Under the pieces are notes generated by a model. It made no database searches, was not told where the DNA came from, and saw only the letters and a program-made list of their open reading frames with translations. From positions 1 through 33,311 of IMG/VR virus record IMGVR_UViG_3300025888_000273: a DNA stretch of 33,311 nt. One strand, written 5' to 3'. Below, in pieces: positions 1 through 8,986 of this stretch. Made by a program: the position numbers and the translations under genes. The stretch's first letter is position 1. Each line of letters opens with the position of its first letter. Source of the stretch: a virus. Its lineage: Duplodnaviria; Caudoviricetes.

Positions 1-405
1 AAGGATCCTGTCTTAAAGTTTGGTCAAGGTTCTGGGATTGCAGTATGCAATTTTACAGTGGCGGTAAATAGAAGATTTAAGAAAGAAGGGCAACCAGAAG
101 CAGATTTTATTCCTATTGTGTGCTTCAACAAGTCTGCAGAGGCAACAGCTAATTATATGACAAAAGGGAAGTTAGTAACTGTATCAGGCAGTATAACAAC
201 TCGTAACTATGAGGCTAAGGATGGTACTAAAAGATATATCACTGAGGTAATTGCTGACGAGGTTGATTTCCTTGAATGGGGAGATAAAGCCTCCGGTGCA
301 AATGCTAATGAAGGTGGAGGTAATAGTGGATCCAATACTGGAAATAATGATTTTGGTAGCGACAGTGATATAACACCAATTGACGACGGAGATATTCCAT
401 TTTAG
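1..405 (+). CDS. ssb: Single-stranded DNA-binding protein, 5'-truncated by window edge
   Basis: Frame open from base 1 (KDPVLKFGQGSGIAVCNFTVAVNR); OB-fold motifs ADFIPIV, KGKLVTVSGSI, YITEVIADEV; G/N-rich linker; acidic DDGDIPF tail. Confidence 0.95.
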   Translation, partial: KDPVLKFGQGSGIAVCNFTVAVNRRFKKEGQPEADFIPIVCFNKSAEATANYMTKGKLVTVSGSITTRNYEAKDGTKRYITEVIADEVDFLEWGDKASGANANEGGGNSGSNTGNNDFGSDSDITPIDDGDIPF

Positions 406-434
406 CAATGATATAAGGGAAAGGAGAGATTGAT

Positions 435-1082
435 TTGCGCTATAAATTTACAGATAAAGAAATAAACGAATTATTAAGTAAGATGGTTATACTTGTAGAT
501 TCTCGAGAACAGGCCAACAGTCATATTACAGATTGGTTTGACAAGAGCAAGAAAAAATATACAGTGCAAAAACTTGATTATGGAGACTATGGTTGTTATT
601 TGCCACTTGGAAGCTTCGAGGGACAGACTAGAGATATTTACTTCACTGATGAATTAGTGATTGAAAGAAAGTTCTGCATCGATGAATTGGCCATGAATTT
701 AAAAGATAATAAAACAAATATTAATGAAATCAAGAAAGAAATAATTGATTTGTTTGGAGAAAAATATCTAGCTAAAGTTTTAAAAACTGACTATAACAGA
801 ATGAAACAAGAATTAACCTCAATCAACAAGTATGGAATAGAATTTTATATCTTCATGGAGGGCAAAGATTTTGATGAAGATATAAGAAAAGGAAATTTTA
901 GAAGCAGATATGATCCGAGCACATTGTATAAAAGATTCAAGGCGCTAGAAAGAGAATTTAAGACCATAATACGACCTACTTCAAAGGAGTTTATGGGGAG
1001 CGAAATATATAATACTTTGCGCTATGGAGTCAGAAACATATTAGTTCACAGGGGCTTCATGGAAGATGTACGACAAAACTAA
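435..1082 (+). CDS. ERCC4/XPF-domain nuclease
   Basis: ILVDSREQ, KLDYGDY and VIERK motifs; TTG start after an AAGGAG RBS. Confidence 0.8.
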   Translation: MRYKFTDKEINELLSKMVILVDSREQANSHITDWFDKSKKKYTVQKLDYGDYGCYLPLGSFEGQTRDIYFTDELVIERKFCIDELAMNLKDNKTNINEIKKEIIDLFGEKYLAKVLKTDYNRMKQELTSINKYGIEFYIFMEGKDFDEDIRKGNFRSRYDPSTLYKRFKALEREFKTIIRPTSKEFMGSEIYNTLRYGVRNILVHRGFMEDVRQN

Positions 1083-1100
1083 AGAGTTGAGGTGTGGATC

Positions 1101-3437
1101 ATGGACTATAAATCTATAAAGGCTCATTTTAAGGTGAAAGAAGACAGAGGGGACATATGTAAGGCCATGTGTCCCGCACACCTTGACAAAGAGGCAAGCC
1201 TTAGTCTTAAATATGATAAAGCAAAAGGAATTACAATGCTTAAATGTTTTGCAGGATGTGAAACTAGAGACATTGCAGAGGCAGCGGGACTTAAGGTTTC
1301 TGATCTCTTCGATAAAGCATTGAAAGATAAAGATAATGCTAATAAAAATGAAATTACTTACCAATATAAAGATGCTTTAGGAAATATTTTGTTTGAAAAG
1401 GTAAGGTTTGAAGCTACAGAACAAAAGAAAAAACATTTTGCTCAAAAGAGAATTATAAATGGTAGTACTGTTTGGGGCCTAGATGAAGGAACATATTATG
1501 AAACTTATTCAGGAGGAGATAACTGGAGCAAGAAAAAAAGAGATAAAGTTAAAATGAAAGACTTCCCTATGTGCGGACCGGTTGTCTATAACTTACCTGA
1601 ACTTATAAAAGCTATTAAGAAAGGTGAACATGTTTATGTAGTGGAAGGTGAAAAGGATGCTGAGAACCTTGGAAAATGGGGTTTAGTTGCAACATGTAAT
1701 TTCGATGGTGCATCAATAAGTACTCAAAAACCTAAATGGAGAAAAGAATATAACCATTACTTTAAAGGTGCCAAAGTCATTATTTTAAATGACAATGATG
1801 ATCCAGGCCGAGCACATGCAGACAACATTGCCGCAGAGCTGTTCGGAGCAGCTGAATATATAAAAAGAGTTGAGATTCCTGAACTACTGGAAAAAGAGGA
1901 TGTTACTGACTGGATTAATGCAGGCCATGAAAAAGATGAGCTTATAGAAATTGTTAATAATACATCTCTTTATGAATATGATGATGCAGAAGAACAGAGT
2001 CTCATTAGCTTCAATTTTTCTGACGTAGGAAATGCTGAAAGATTGATGGCCACATACGGTAAAAACATTAGATATAATCCTGTTCGTAAAACCTGGCTGT
2101 TATGGTCCAGTAAACACTGGGAGCTTGACTTTGTAGGAAAGATTGAAGGACTTGCAAGGAAAGTAATAAGAAAGTTACAAGTAGAGGGCAAGGCAATATC
2201 CTTAGAGGAATTAGATTATGAGGACCGGGCAAAGAAAGAAAAATTAAAAGAATCTATTCAAAAATATGTGTTAAGAAGTGAATCTGATGGAAAGATAAAA
2301 GCTATGGTCAATCAGGCCATGACGCAAAGTAGATTAATTATAACTGAAACAGACAAGGATAATTTCTTGTTAAATATTCTAAACGGTACTTTAAATCTTA
2401 AGACTGGATTGATAGAAAAGCATGATAGGAGAAATTTTTGTACCAAAGTTGTAAACATCGAGTATGATCCTAAGATGCAATGCCCAAATTGGACAGGCTT
2501 TGTTAATAAAATATTCTTGGGTGATGAAGAATTGATTAATTACATTCAAAAATCCATTGGATATTCCATGACGGGCGATGCTAATTTGCAATGCTTTTAT
2601 ATCCTACATGGTAATGGTGCAAATGGTAAAGGAACTTTCATAAAAACTATCATGAGATTCTTGGGAGATTATTCCGACAGTTTAGATTCTAAAAGTTTGA
2701 TGGAAAAAATGGGTGATGAAGGTACAAGAGAAGAAATCGCAGGATTGATAGGGAAAAGATTTGTAAATGTGAATGAGATGAAAGGGTCCAAGTCCTTTGA
2801 TGAAGGATTATTAAAATCTCTTACCTCAGGAGCAGATGAGACTGTAAAGGTTAGAAATTTATATGAGTCAAGTTTCAATTTAAAGCCCACTTTTAAATTA
2901 TGGATGAGCACCAACCATATGCCCAAAATAAATAATGATGATGAAGGTATTTGGAGAAGGGTTCGAAAGATTCCATTCAAATATAAATTTATAGGTGATG
3001 ACAAAGATGTGAATTTCTTTGAAAATAAGATAATACCTGAGATGAGTGGGATATTGAATTGGGCTATAGAAGGCTGCTTAAAATGGCAACAAGAGGGCGA
3101 ACGTATCCCAGATGTTGTTAAAGCCTCAGTTGATGAATATAGAATTGACAGTGACCCTATTCAAAGGTTTATAGCTGATGAATGTATAGTTGCAAACAGC
3201 GAAACGGTTAGAGTAAATGTACCAGATATGTACAAGCGTTATGAGTCTTGGTGCAAAGAAAATAAAGAATACACACTATCCTCTATTAAATTTACTAAAA
3301 AAATGGCTGAAAAGGAATTTGAAAAGGGCAGGAGCAATTCTGGTTTGTATTGGAAGGGGATTGGACTAGTAGACAAGGATCATCAAGTAGGCATGACCGA
3401 ATGTGATAATATATACAACCCATTTGTTAAGGATTAG
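1101..3437 (+). CDS. Primase-helicase (Zn finger + TOPRIM + D5/P4-family SF3 helicase)
   Basis: CPAH..CFAGC zinc finger, VVEGEKDA and DNDDPG TOPRIM motifs, FSDVGNAERL D5_N, Walker A GNGANGKGT, FKLWMSTNH. Start at ATG 1101 (GAGGTG RBS) or GTG 1092. Confidence 0.92.
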   Translation: MDYKSIKAHFKVKEDRGDICKAMCPAHLDKEASLSLKYDKAKGITMLKCFAGCETRDIAEAAGLKVSDLFDKALKDKDNANKNEITYQYKDALGNILFEKVRFEATEQKKKHFAQKRIINGSTVWGLDEGTYYETYSGGDNWSKKKRDKVKMKDFPMCGPVVYNLPELIKAIKKGEHVYVVEGEKDAENLGKWGLVATCNFDGASISTQKPKWRKEYNHYFKGAKVIILNDNDDPGRAHADNIAAELFGAAEYIKRVEIPELLEKEDVTDWINAGHEKDELIEIVNNTSLYEYDDAEEQSLISFNFSDVGNAERLMATYGKNIRYNPVRKTWLLWSSKHWELDFVGKIEGLARKVIRKLQVEGKAISLEELDYEDRAKKEKLKESIQKYVLRSESDGKIKAMVNQAMTQSRLIITETDKDNFLLNILNGTLNLKTGLIEKHDRRNFCTKVVNIEYDPKMQCPNWTGFVNKIFLGDEELINYIQKSIGYSMTGDANLQCFYILHGNGANGKGTFIKTIMRFLGDYSDSLDSKSLMEKMGDEGTREEIAGLIGKRFVNVNEMKGSKSFDEGLLKSLTSGADETVKVRNLYESSFNLKPTFKLWMSTNHMPKINNDDEGIWRRVRKIPFKYKFIGDDKDVNFFENKIIPEMSGILNWAIEGCLKWQQEGERIPDVVKASVDEYRIDSDPIQRFIADECIVANSETVRVNVPDMYKRYESWCKENKEYTLSSIKFTKKMAEKEFEKGRSNSGLYWKGIGLVDKDHQVGMTECDNIYNPFVKD

Positions 3438-3476
3438 GGAATATGTTATTTACAAAAGACAATGAAGCTTATTGAA

Positions 3477-3513
3477 TTCAGGATGGATAATTATATAATA
3501 AATCCATCCTGAA
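3477..3513. terminator. Hairpin between convergent genes, probable terminator
   Basis: Perfect 12-bp inverted repeat TTCAGGATGGAT/ATCCATCCTGAA with a 13-nt loop; no clear U-tract. Confidence 0.55.
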
Positions 3514-3561
3514 GATATAAAAAATCAATATATATTTAGAGTTGTTTTAGATAATTATGTA

Positions 3562-4362
3562 TCATTTGGGGTTTGTTATTAAGTTTATATAGTTGAAAAA
3601 TCTTACATACAATCCACTTATGAGAATAAATAAAAATGAAATTGATACAGTTTGTAAAAAGAAATCTTTCAAGTTTCCATTGGTAGGCGATTGATTTTTT
3701 ATATATGTTTTATATAGTTGCTTCAAGCATTTAAAAATATTCAATGCAATTAACAGAACTATGATGGCCAAACCAATTATTTGTGTCGCAAAGAAAAGCA
3801 CATCGAAAGCGTGGAGTTGAGTTACTGTTGATAGTGTTTTTAAGTTGAGTAATTTGAGTGACTGTTTAGTTTGATTGAGAGTGTTAGAACCATACGAAGG
3901 ATGATAAATATAAATGAGCATTATGAACAAAGGAAACCACTTTAATGTATTTGAACATAAATACAATTTGTCTAAAAGAACTATTTTACTCAAGGCAAAT
4001 AGCACCAATAAGTTTATTAACAATCCTATAATTCCGAAAGTAATAACATAGAAAATAACAATGTCCTGATATTTTAAATAGAGGGAGATAACTATAAATC
4101 CAATTATTGCTCCTATACAAATCTTTCCGGCTAAATCTTCAGAAGTGTTTGATGATTTCGATATGGGTTTATCTATAGGAGTAGTTCTAAAGTCATAATT
4201 ATTTGTTGTTTTATTATTGGAATTTTGGTTTAAGGTATTGTTAAAACTGTTGTGATTGTTACTTAGAAGATGATTCTTTATGTTCGAACCAAATAATGAA
4301 ATAAAAAGAGACAAAATTGAGAAAATAGAACCAACGACACCTAATAATACAATATTATCCAT
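3562..4362 (-). CDS. Multi-pass membrane protein of unknown function (moron)
   Basis: About 6 hydrophobic segments and an Asn-rich linker after the first; AAGGAG RBS about 10 nt upstream of ATG 4362; opposite strand to its neighbours. Confidence 0.75.
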   Translation of the reverse strand: MDNIVLLGVVGSIFSILSLFISLFGSNIKNHLLSNNHNSFNNTLNQNSNNKTTNNYDFRTTPIDKPISKSSNTSEDLAGKICIGAIIGFIVISLYLKYQDIVIFYVITFGIIGLLINLLVLFALSKIVLLDKLYLCSNTLKWFPLFIMLIYIYHPSYGSNTLNQTKQSLKLLNLKTLSTVTQLHAFDVLFFATQIIGLAIIVLLIALNIFKCLKQLYKTYIKNQSPTNGNLKDFFLQTVSISFLFILISGLYVRFFNYINLITNPK

Positions 4363-4484
4363 AAAATGCACGCTCCTTAAAAATGTAGTAACACCATTTT
4401 ACAAGATTTATAATAAATTTACAATATTATTTAAAATATTCCAATTTAAAATATTCCAATTTAAAATGTAATTAAGAATAAAAT

Positions 4485-4773
4485 GTGTATGGAATTTAAA
4501 AACCGTGTAGGCTTTGTGTAGGCTTTGTGTATAAAATAATCGACTCAAAGTATTGGCATTGCTCAGTAGTGTAGTAAGTGTAGTAAATTTTTAAAAAAAT
4601 AGATAGTGTGTAAAACATATGTAATATATATACATATGTACACATGTATTATGTATACAATAGGGAATTTTCCTACACTTTATGCACGAATTATACTTAA
4701 GCCTAGGAATACCAATGGGTTAAAGGGCGTGTAGGAAAATAAAAATCCTACACTAATTTAAAATTTCCTACAC
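4485..4773. other. Putative phage replication origin with GTGTAG/CTACAC iterons
   Basis: GTGTAG at 4505, 4516, 4569, 4578, 4729; GTGTAT at 4485, 4527; inverted CCTACAC at 4672, 4747, 4767; AT-rich core about 4585-4660; non-coding and near a P4-type primase-helicase. Confidence 0.7.
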
Positions 4774-4795
4774 GAAACAAAAATGGAGGCAATTT

Positions 4796-5011
4796 ATGTA
4801 TAATTTAGTTATTTTAAAGAAGAAATATAATTCACTTCTTCAAAGAGAAAAGAAGGCTTGTTTGTATCTGGATAATAAGAATATAAAACTTGAGGTTATA
4901 GAGAAAAGTTATATTCCAGAGTATCAGAAAATTATTATAGAGCTTAGTGAAGTTGGAAAGCAAATTGAAGGTGCTACCAAGGGTGAGCTACTGAATGGGT
5001 TTAAAATTTGA
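4796..5011 (+). CDS. Hypothetical phage protein (71 aa)
   Basis: GGAGG RBS, co-oriented, closely followed by the next gene. Confidence 0.75.
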   Translation: MYNLVILKKKYNSLLQREKKACLYLDNKNIKLEVIEKSYIPEYQKIIIELSEVGKQIEGATKGELLNGFKI

Positions 5012-5023
5012 GGAGGGTTATTA

Positions 5024-5758
5024 ATGCAGAAGGGAATACAAATATTTAAAAATGAAGAACTTGGAGAAATTAGGGTAATCGCTAAAAATGGACAATCTTG
5101 GATTATAGCAAAAGACGTTGCGACAATATTAGAGTATACAGATGCTGAGGCTATGACAAGAAGATTGGATGATGACGAAAAGCTAAACCTACAAATCGTA
5201 GGTATAGGTCAAGCAAGAAGCGTTATAGGAATAAATGAAAGTGGATTTTACAATGCAGTTCTAGGAAGCAAGAAATTAGAAGCTAAGAAATTTAGAAAAT
5301 GGGTAACCAGTGAAGTTCTTCCATCCATAATGAAAACTGGAAAATATAACATAAGAGAACAGTCTCAAAATATTAGTGAGTTGAGAGAATTTAATAAAAT
5401 GGTAAGTGGGATTACTAATAAGAAATTGCGTAATAGTTTATATACACAGAGAATAGAGAAAATGGGATACGATGTATCGTTGAGAATTGATAGTAAAGAA
5501 GATAATGACAATATAATTCTTATTAATAAATTTCTAGTAGAAAATTGCACCAAGGTAGCAGGTGCTAGATTTGGAGTTTCAACGTTATATGAAGTTTTCG
5601 GGGAATGGAATCAAAAGGCTGACGTATTTGTTTCTCCTATTAAATTTAGTAAGATTTTAAATATTATTGGAATTGAAAAAGGCAGATCCAGCAAGGGTAG
5701 ATATTGGCAAGGGCTAAAGTTATTGAAGAAATTTAAGGAGGCGTCTATATGCGAATAG
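5024..5758 (+). CDS. BRO-N domain protein with a C-terminal primase-type winged-helix-like domain
   Basis: BRO-N motifs IFKNEELGEIRVI, AKDVATILEY, INESGFY, AKKFRKWVTSEVLPSI; C-terminus aligns with the C-terminus of the primase-helicase. Confidence 0.85.
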   Translation: MQKGIQIFKNEELGEIRVIAKNGQSWIIAKDVATILEYTDAEAMTRRLDDDEKLNLQIVGIGQARSVIGINESGFYNAVLGSKKLEAKKFRKWVTSEVLPSIMKTGKYNIREQSQNISELREFNKMVSGITNKKLRNSLYTQRIEKMGYDVSLRIDSKEDNDNIILINKFLVENCTKVAGARFGVSTLYEVFGEWNQKADVFVSPIKFSKILNIIGIEKGRSSKGRYWQGLKLLKKFKEASICE

Positions 5759-5901
5759 ATTTTGAAGATATGTACCTGGGTCGGATAGATCAAATTAAAA
5801 TAGATATAAAAAATGCAGTTTGTAAGAAAGACTGGACACTTAAAGCTAAATTGACAGCAGAAAAGAAAATGTTAGAGGAACGCATTGGTAAGTTAGGTTA
5901 A
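5749..5901 (+). CDS. Small hypothetical protein (50 aa, not in ORF track)
   Basis: AAGGAGG RBS; MRIDFEDMYLGRIDQIKIDIKNAVCKKDW...; fills the gap between the BRO-N gene and the activator. Confidence 0.7.
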   Translation: MRIDFEDMYLGRIDQIKIDIKNAVCKKDWTLKAKLTAEKKMLEERIGKLG

Positions 5902-5926
5902 GACAAAATACTAAGGAGGAACAAAC

Positions 5927-6367
5927 TTGGATTATATAAGAGAGGCTGTAGAGTTCTTAACCAATTATGATAATTTAAAGACATCATTGATAAATCTTGA
6001 TATGAGTATTAAAGAAATTACAGAGGAATTAAATGTGGGACAACTCAAAGGTATAGCATATTCAGATATGCCTACTGGTGATAATTCTCAGCTACCAGAT
6101 GATAAGCTAGTAAATAAAATATATATGCTGCAGGTAAAGAAACAAGAATATGCTTTAACTAAATTGACAATTAAAAGAATGAATAAGATATTATCCAGGC
6201 TTCCAAGTAATGTTGAGAGAATATTGAGGGGTTATTATATTTTAGGATATCGAGAGGAGACTCTTTACAAATATACATGCTGTTCTGAAAGGACCTTCTA
6301 CAGAATAAAGAATCAAGCGATAAGAACATTCGCAGTTCAATTACATGGAATAAGTGCAATAAAGTAA
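5927..6367 (+). CDS. ArpU/RinA-family late transcriptional activator
   Basis: 146 aa with C-terminal sigma-region-4-like HTH (ERILRGYY..SERTFYRIKNQAI); immediately upstream of the packaging genes. Confidence 0.8.
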   Translation: MDYIREAVEFLTNYDNLKTSLINLDMSIKEITEELNVGQLKGIAYSDMPTGDNSQLPDDKLVNKIYMLQVKKQEYALTKLTIKRMNKILSRLPSNVERILRGYYILGYREETLYKYTCCSERTFYRIKNQAIRTFAVQLHGISAIK

Positions 6368-6411
6368 TGGCAGAAATATGGCAGTGCATTTGACAGGATA
6401 TAGTGTATAAT
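6367..6411 (+). promoter_or_regulatory. Putative activator-dependent late promoter
   Basis: Direct repeat ATGGCAG at 6367 and 6378; TATAAT at 6406; TTGACA at 6390 is only 10 bp away, so not a canonical -35. Confidence 0.55.
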
Positions 6412-6504
6412 AGAGTTATAACGATAAATAGTTAATTAGAGGACACTGGTGTACAACTGGTGCCCTTTTTATATTTAGGTGTAACCCACAAAGGAGATGA
6501 TTAG

Positions 6505-6897
6505 ATGTTAGATGAGAGACAAATCAGAGCGGTAGAAGCTAAAGCAAAAGGGTTTACAATTACAGATGTGGCAAAGGAAGCAGGGGTTAGTAGGAATACG
6601 GTGTACGAATGGATAAAATTGGAAGAGTTCAAGGCTGAGCTTAGCAAACTCGAGCAAGACTTTTTATCCTCAACAAGGCAGGCAGTCATCTCCTATGGAC
6701 CTAAGGTAGTGGAAGAGCTTAAGAAGCTGGCTACAAAGGGCACGAGTGAGAAGGTAAGGTTAGATGCATTGTCTAAACTATTAGATAAGACAATGAGCAA
6801 TGCAACTAAGATAGAAGTAACAGATGGCAGAGAAGATAAAGACAATGTATCAGTTGATGTACTGGATAAAGAGATCAAAGAGTTTGAAGATGAATAA
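6505..6897 (+). CDS. HTH protein, probable terminase small subunit
   Basis: N-terminal HTH (TITDVAKEAGVSRNTVYEW), SEKVRLDA motif, position before the large terminase. Confidence 0.75.
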   Translation: MLDERQIRAVEAKAKGFTITDVAKEAGVSRNTVYEWIKLEEFKAELSKLEQDFLSSTRQAVISYGPKVVEELKKLATKGTSEKVRLDALSKLLDKTMSNATKIEVTDGREDKDNVSVDVLDKEIKEFEDE

Positions 6898-7027
6898 TAT
6901 ACGGTCATATGTTAATAGTTAATACATACTTTGTTAACTATTAGTTCATATAATCATATAAGAATGTCACCAATATATGGCACACATTGAATGAATGAGG
7001 CTATGACTATGATTGATTGTTTCTATT

Positions 7028-7057
7028 AATGTCGTGAAATTTATATTTCACGACATT
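7028..7057. repeat. Perfect 13-bp inverted repeat between the terminase genes
   Basis: AATGTCGTGAAAT-TTAT-ATTTCACGACATT. Confidence 0.9.
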
Positions 7058-7237
7058 GCACTATATTAGTAAGTAACAATTATTATCATTTATAAAATTC
7101 CCCCAAAATAAATTCAGGTTCAGATTCATTGAGAGGGCGCCATAGTTTCCATAATATTTTTTTAGCTTCAAGTAGACTATGGATTTGATTTATATGATAA
7201 CAGGCCATTATATATTAAATAATAAGAGGGTGAGTAT

Positions 7238-8968
7238 ATGGATGAATCAAAAGAAAATAGAAAATTGCTTTATACTTACCTGAAAAAAGAATATGGTCCT
7301 AAACGAGCTGCTGAATTATTGCATGAGAATAATAAAAATTTATTTGGGTACCATGGACTTGCATGGTCATTAGGTAAAAGGTCATTAGAATTTTTCTGTC
7401 TCTACTTCTTGCAGGATGTGTTTCTCCCTAAAGAAGATAATGCAGCAGCGCCAATAGCTGAGGTGCACCATGAACTGTGGAAAGATATACAAGAATCAAT
7501 TATAGGTCATGGTCCTTCACAAATAGGAAGGATATTACCAAGAGGTACAGGCAAGAGTGCATTTGGAACATTCGCCACTACAATATGGTGCCATTGTTAT
7601 GGATTTAAAAAATATACTTTGATTTGTTCTGACATAGGATCTACTGCTGAAAAATTTATAAAAGATATTAAAAATACATTTTTAGATAATGTATATATTG
7701 AAAAAGCTTTTGGCAAGTTGCTTAATGATCGTGACAAAAGATACATTTGTAATTCTACACAGCTAGAGTTCGCGAATGTATCTTTTTTAGAGGCCATTTC
7801 TTCAAGCTCTCCTATGCGTGGTAGAAAATATGATAATTGTAGACCTGATCTTATTATCCTTGATGATTATCAATCCGAGGATGATGTAAGAACTGAAGAT
7901 GCCAGATTGAAAAAATGGAAGCGCTTCAGCGATGATGTTAAATATGCAAGTCAGAAAGCGTTATATCGTAATGGCAAGTTGATAAAAAAGGGTACCACTT
8001 TTATTGCTGTTGGAACACTACAGCATAAGGAATGTTTTTATAGTAGATTGATGAAGCTCCCCACATGGAAGTTTAAAAATAAAAAAGGGGTATTGATTGA
8101 TGACTTTGTAGATGGAACAGGTAAATTAATCAATGGGCTAGACCATTACTTTAAGACGGGTTTATGGAAAAGATTTAAAATGATTTTATTTAACTTTAAA
8201 ATTGAAACTCACCTTGAGGATGCTAATGAATTTTATTGGTTACACCAGAAGGAAATGCAATACCCTATGCTGTGGGCTGAATTCTGGGATTGTTTAGATA
8301 TGGCAAGTAGTTATTACGAATCTCCTAGTAGTTTTAAACAAGAGGTTCAGGGTGATATTAATAGCATAGGTGAGAAATGGTTTAAGACAATTGCTACTGA
8401 AACAAGAATTGAGATGGAGACGCACAAATTTATTAAGACTATGTTGTGCGTAGATCCTGGCGCAACTGCAAATGTTAAATCAGATTACTCAGCATTTTTA
8501 GTTGGAAGCCAAGCCGATAATAATTTAAAGTATGCTCGTAAAGCAGAACTTGCAAAAATAAATGCTCGTACTGATTTTGATAAGTATCTGGGGCACATGA
8601 TTTTTTTATTAAAAGAATTTCCTGATACCACTCACGTTTATATTGAAAAAAATACTTTCAATGGAGCGGATGCCCATGACCTTGAAAAATTAATTTTAAA
8701 GGATCCTGTATTGAAACATAAAAATATAGGGATTATCAATGAGGCCTCTAGAAAAAACAAAGATGATAGGATTTCAACTATAATCCCATCTATGAATACA
8801 GGGCAAATTATATTTTGTGAAGAAGATGAGGAAGCAATTGACCAAATGAAAGACTTTAGTGGCCAGAAATTTTCTGAACACGATGATATGCCTGACATTA
8901 CCGCTGAATTTTCAAATAGAATCGGTGATATTAAGAGTAAAAGTAACTTTAAAATGAATTGGGTATAA
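7238..8968 (+). CDS. Terminase large subunit
   Basis: Walker A PRGTGKS, MRGR, Walker B LIILDD, nuclease motifs VDPG..SDYSA and EHDDMPD. Confidence 0.93.
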   Translation: MDESKENRKLLYTYLKKEYGPKRAAELLHENNKNLFGYHGLAWSLGKRSLEFFCLYFLQDVFLPKEDNAAAPIAEVHHELWKDIQESIIGHGPSQIGRILPRGTGKSAFGTFATTIWCHCYGFKKYTLICSDIGSTAEKFIKDIKNTFLDNVYIEKAFGKLLNDRDKRYICNSTQLEFANVSFLEAISSSSPMRGRKYDNCRPDLIILDDYQSEDDVRTEDARLKKWKRFSDDVKYASQKALYRNGKLIKKGTTFIAVGTLQHKECFYSRLMKLPTWKFKNKKGVLIDDFVDGTGKLINGLDHYFKTGLWKRFKMILFNFKIETHLEDANEFYWLHQKEMQYPMLWAEFWDCLDMASSYYESPSSFKQEVQGDINSIGEKWFKTIATETRIEMETHKFIKTMLCVDPGATANVKSDYSAFLVGSQADNNLKYARKAELAKINARTDFDKYLGHMIFLLKEFPDTTHVYIEKNTFNGADAHDLEKLILKDPVLKHKNIGIINEASRKNKDDRISTIIPSMNTGQIIFCEEDEEAIDQMKDFSGQKFSEHDDMPDITAEFSNRIGDIKSKSNFKMNWV

Positions 8969-8986
8969 AAAAGGAGGTGAAAAGAC

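Noticed and set aside
4485-4773. CRISPR-like array
   Set aside because: Repeats are only 6-11 bp, irregularly spaced and in both orientations.
6390-6411. Consensus sigma-A promoter TTGACA/TATAAT
   Set aside because: The spacer is 10 bp rather than 16-18 bp; kept only as a putative activator-dependent promoter.
7238-8968. Intein or intron in the terminase
   Set aside because: Length and motif order fit an uninterrupted protein; no splice motifs seen.
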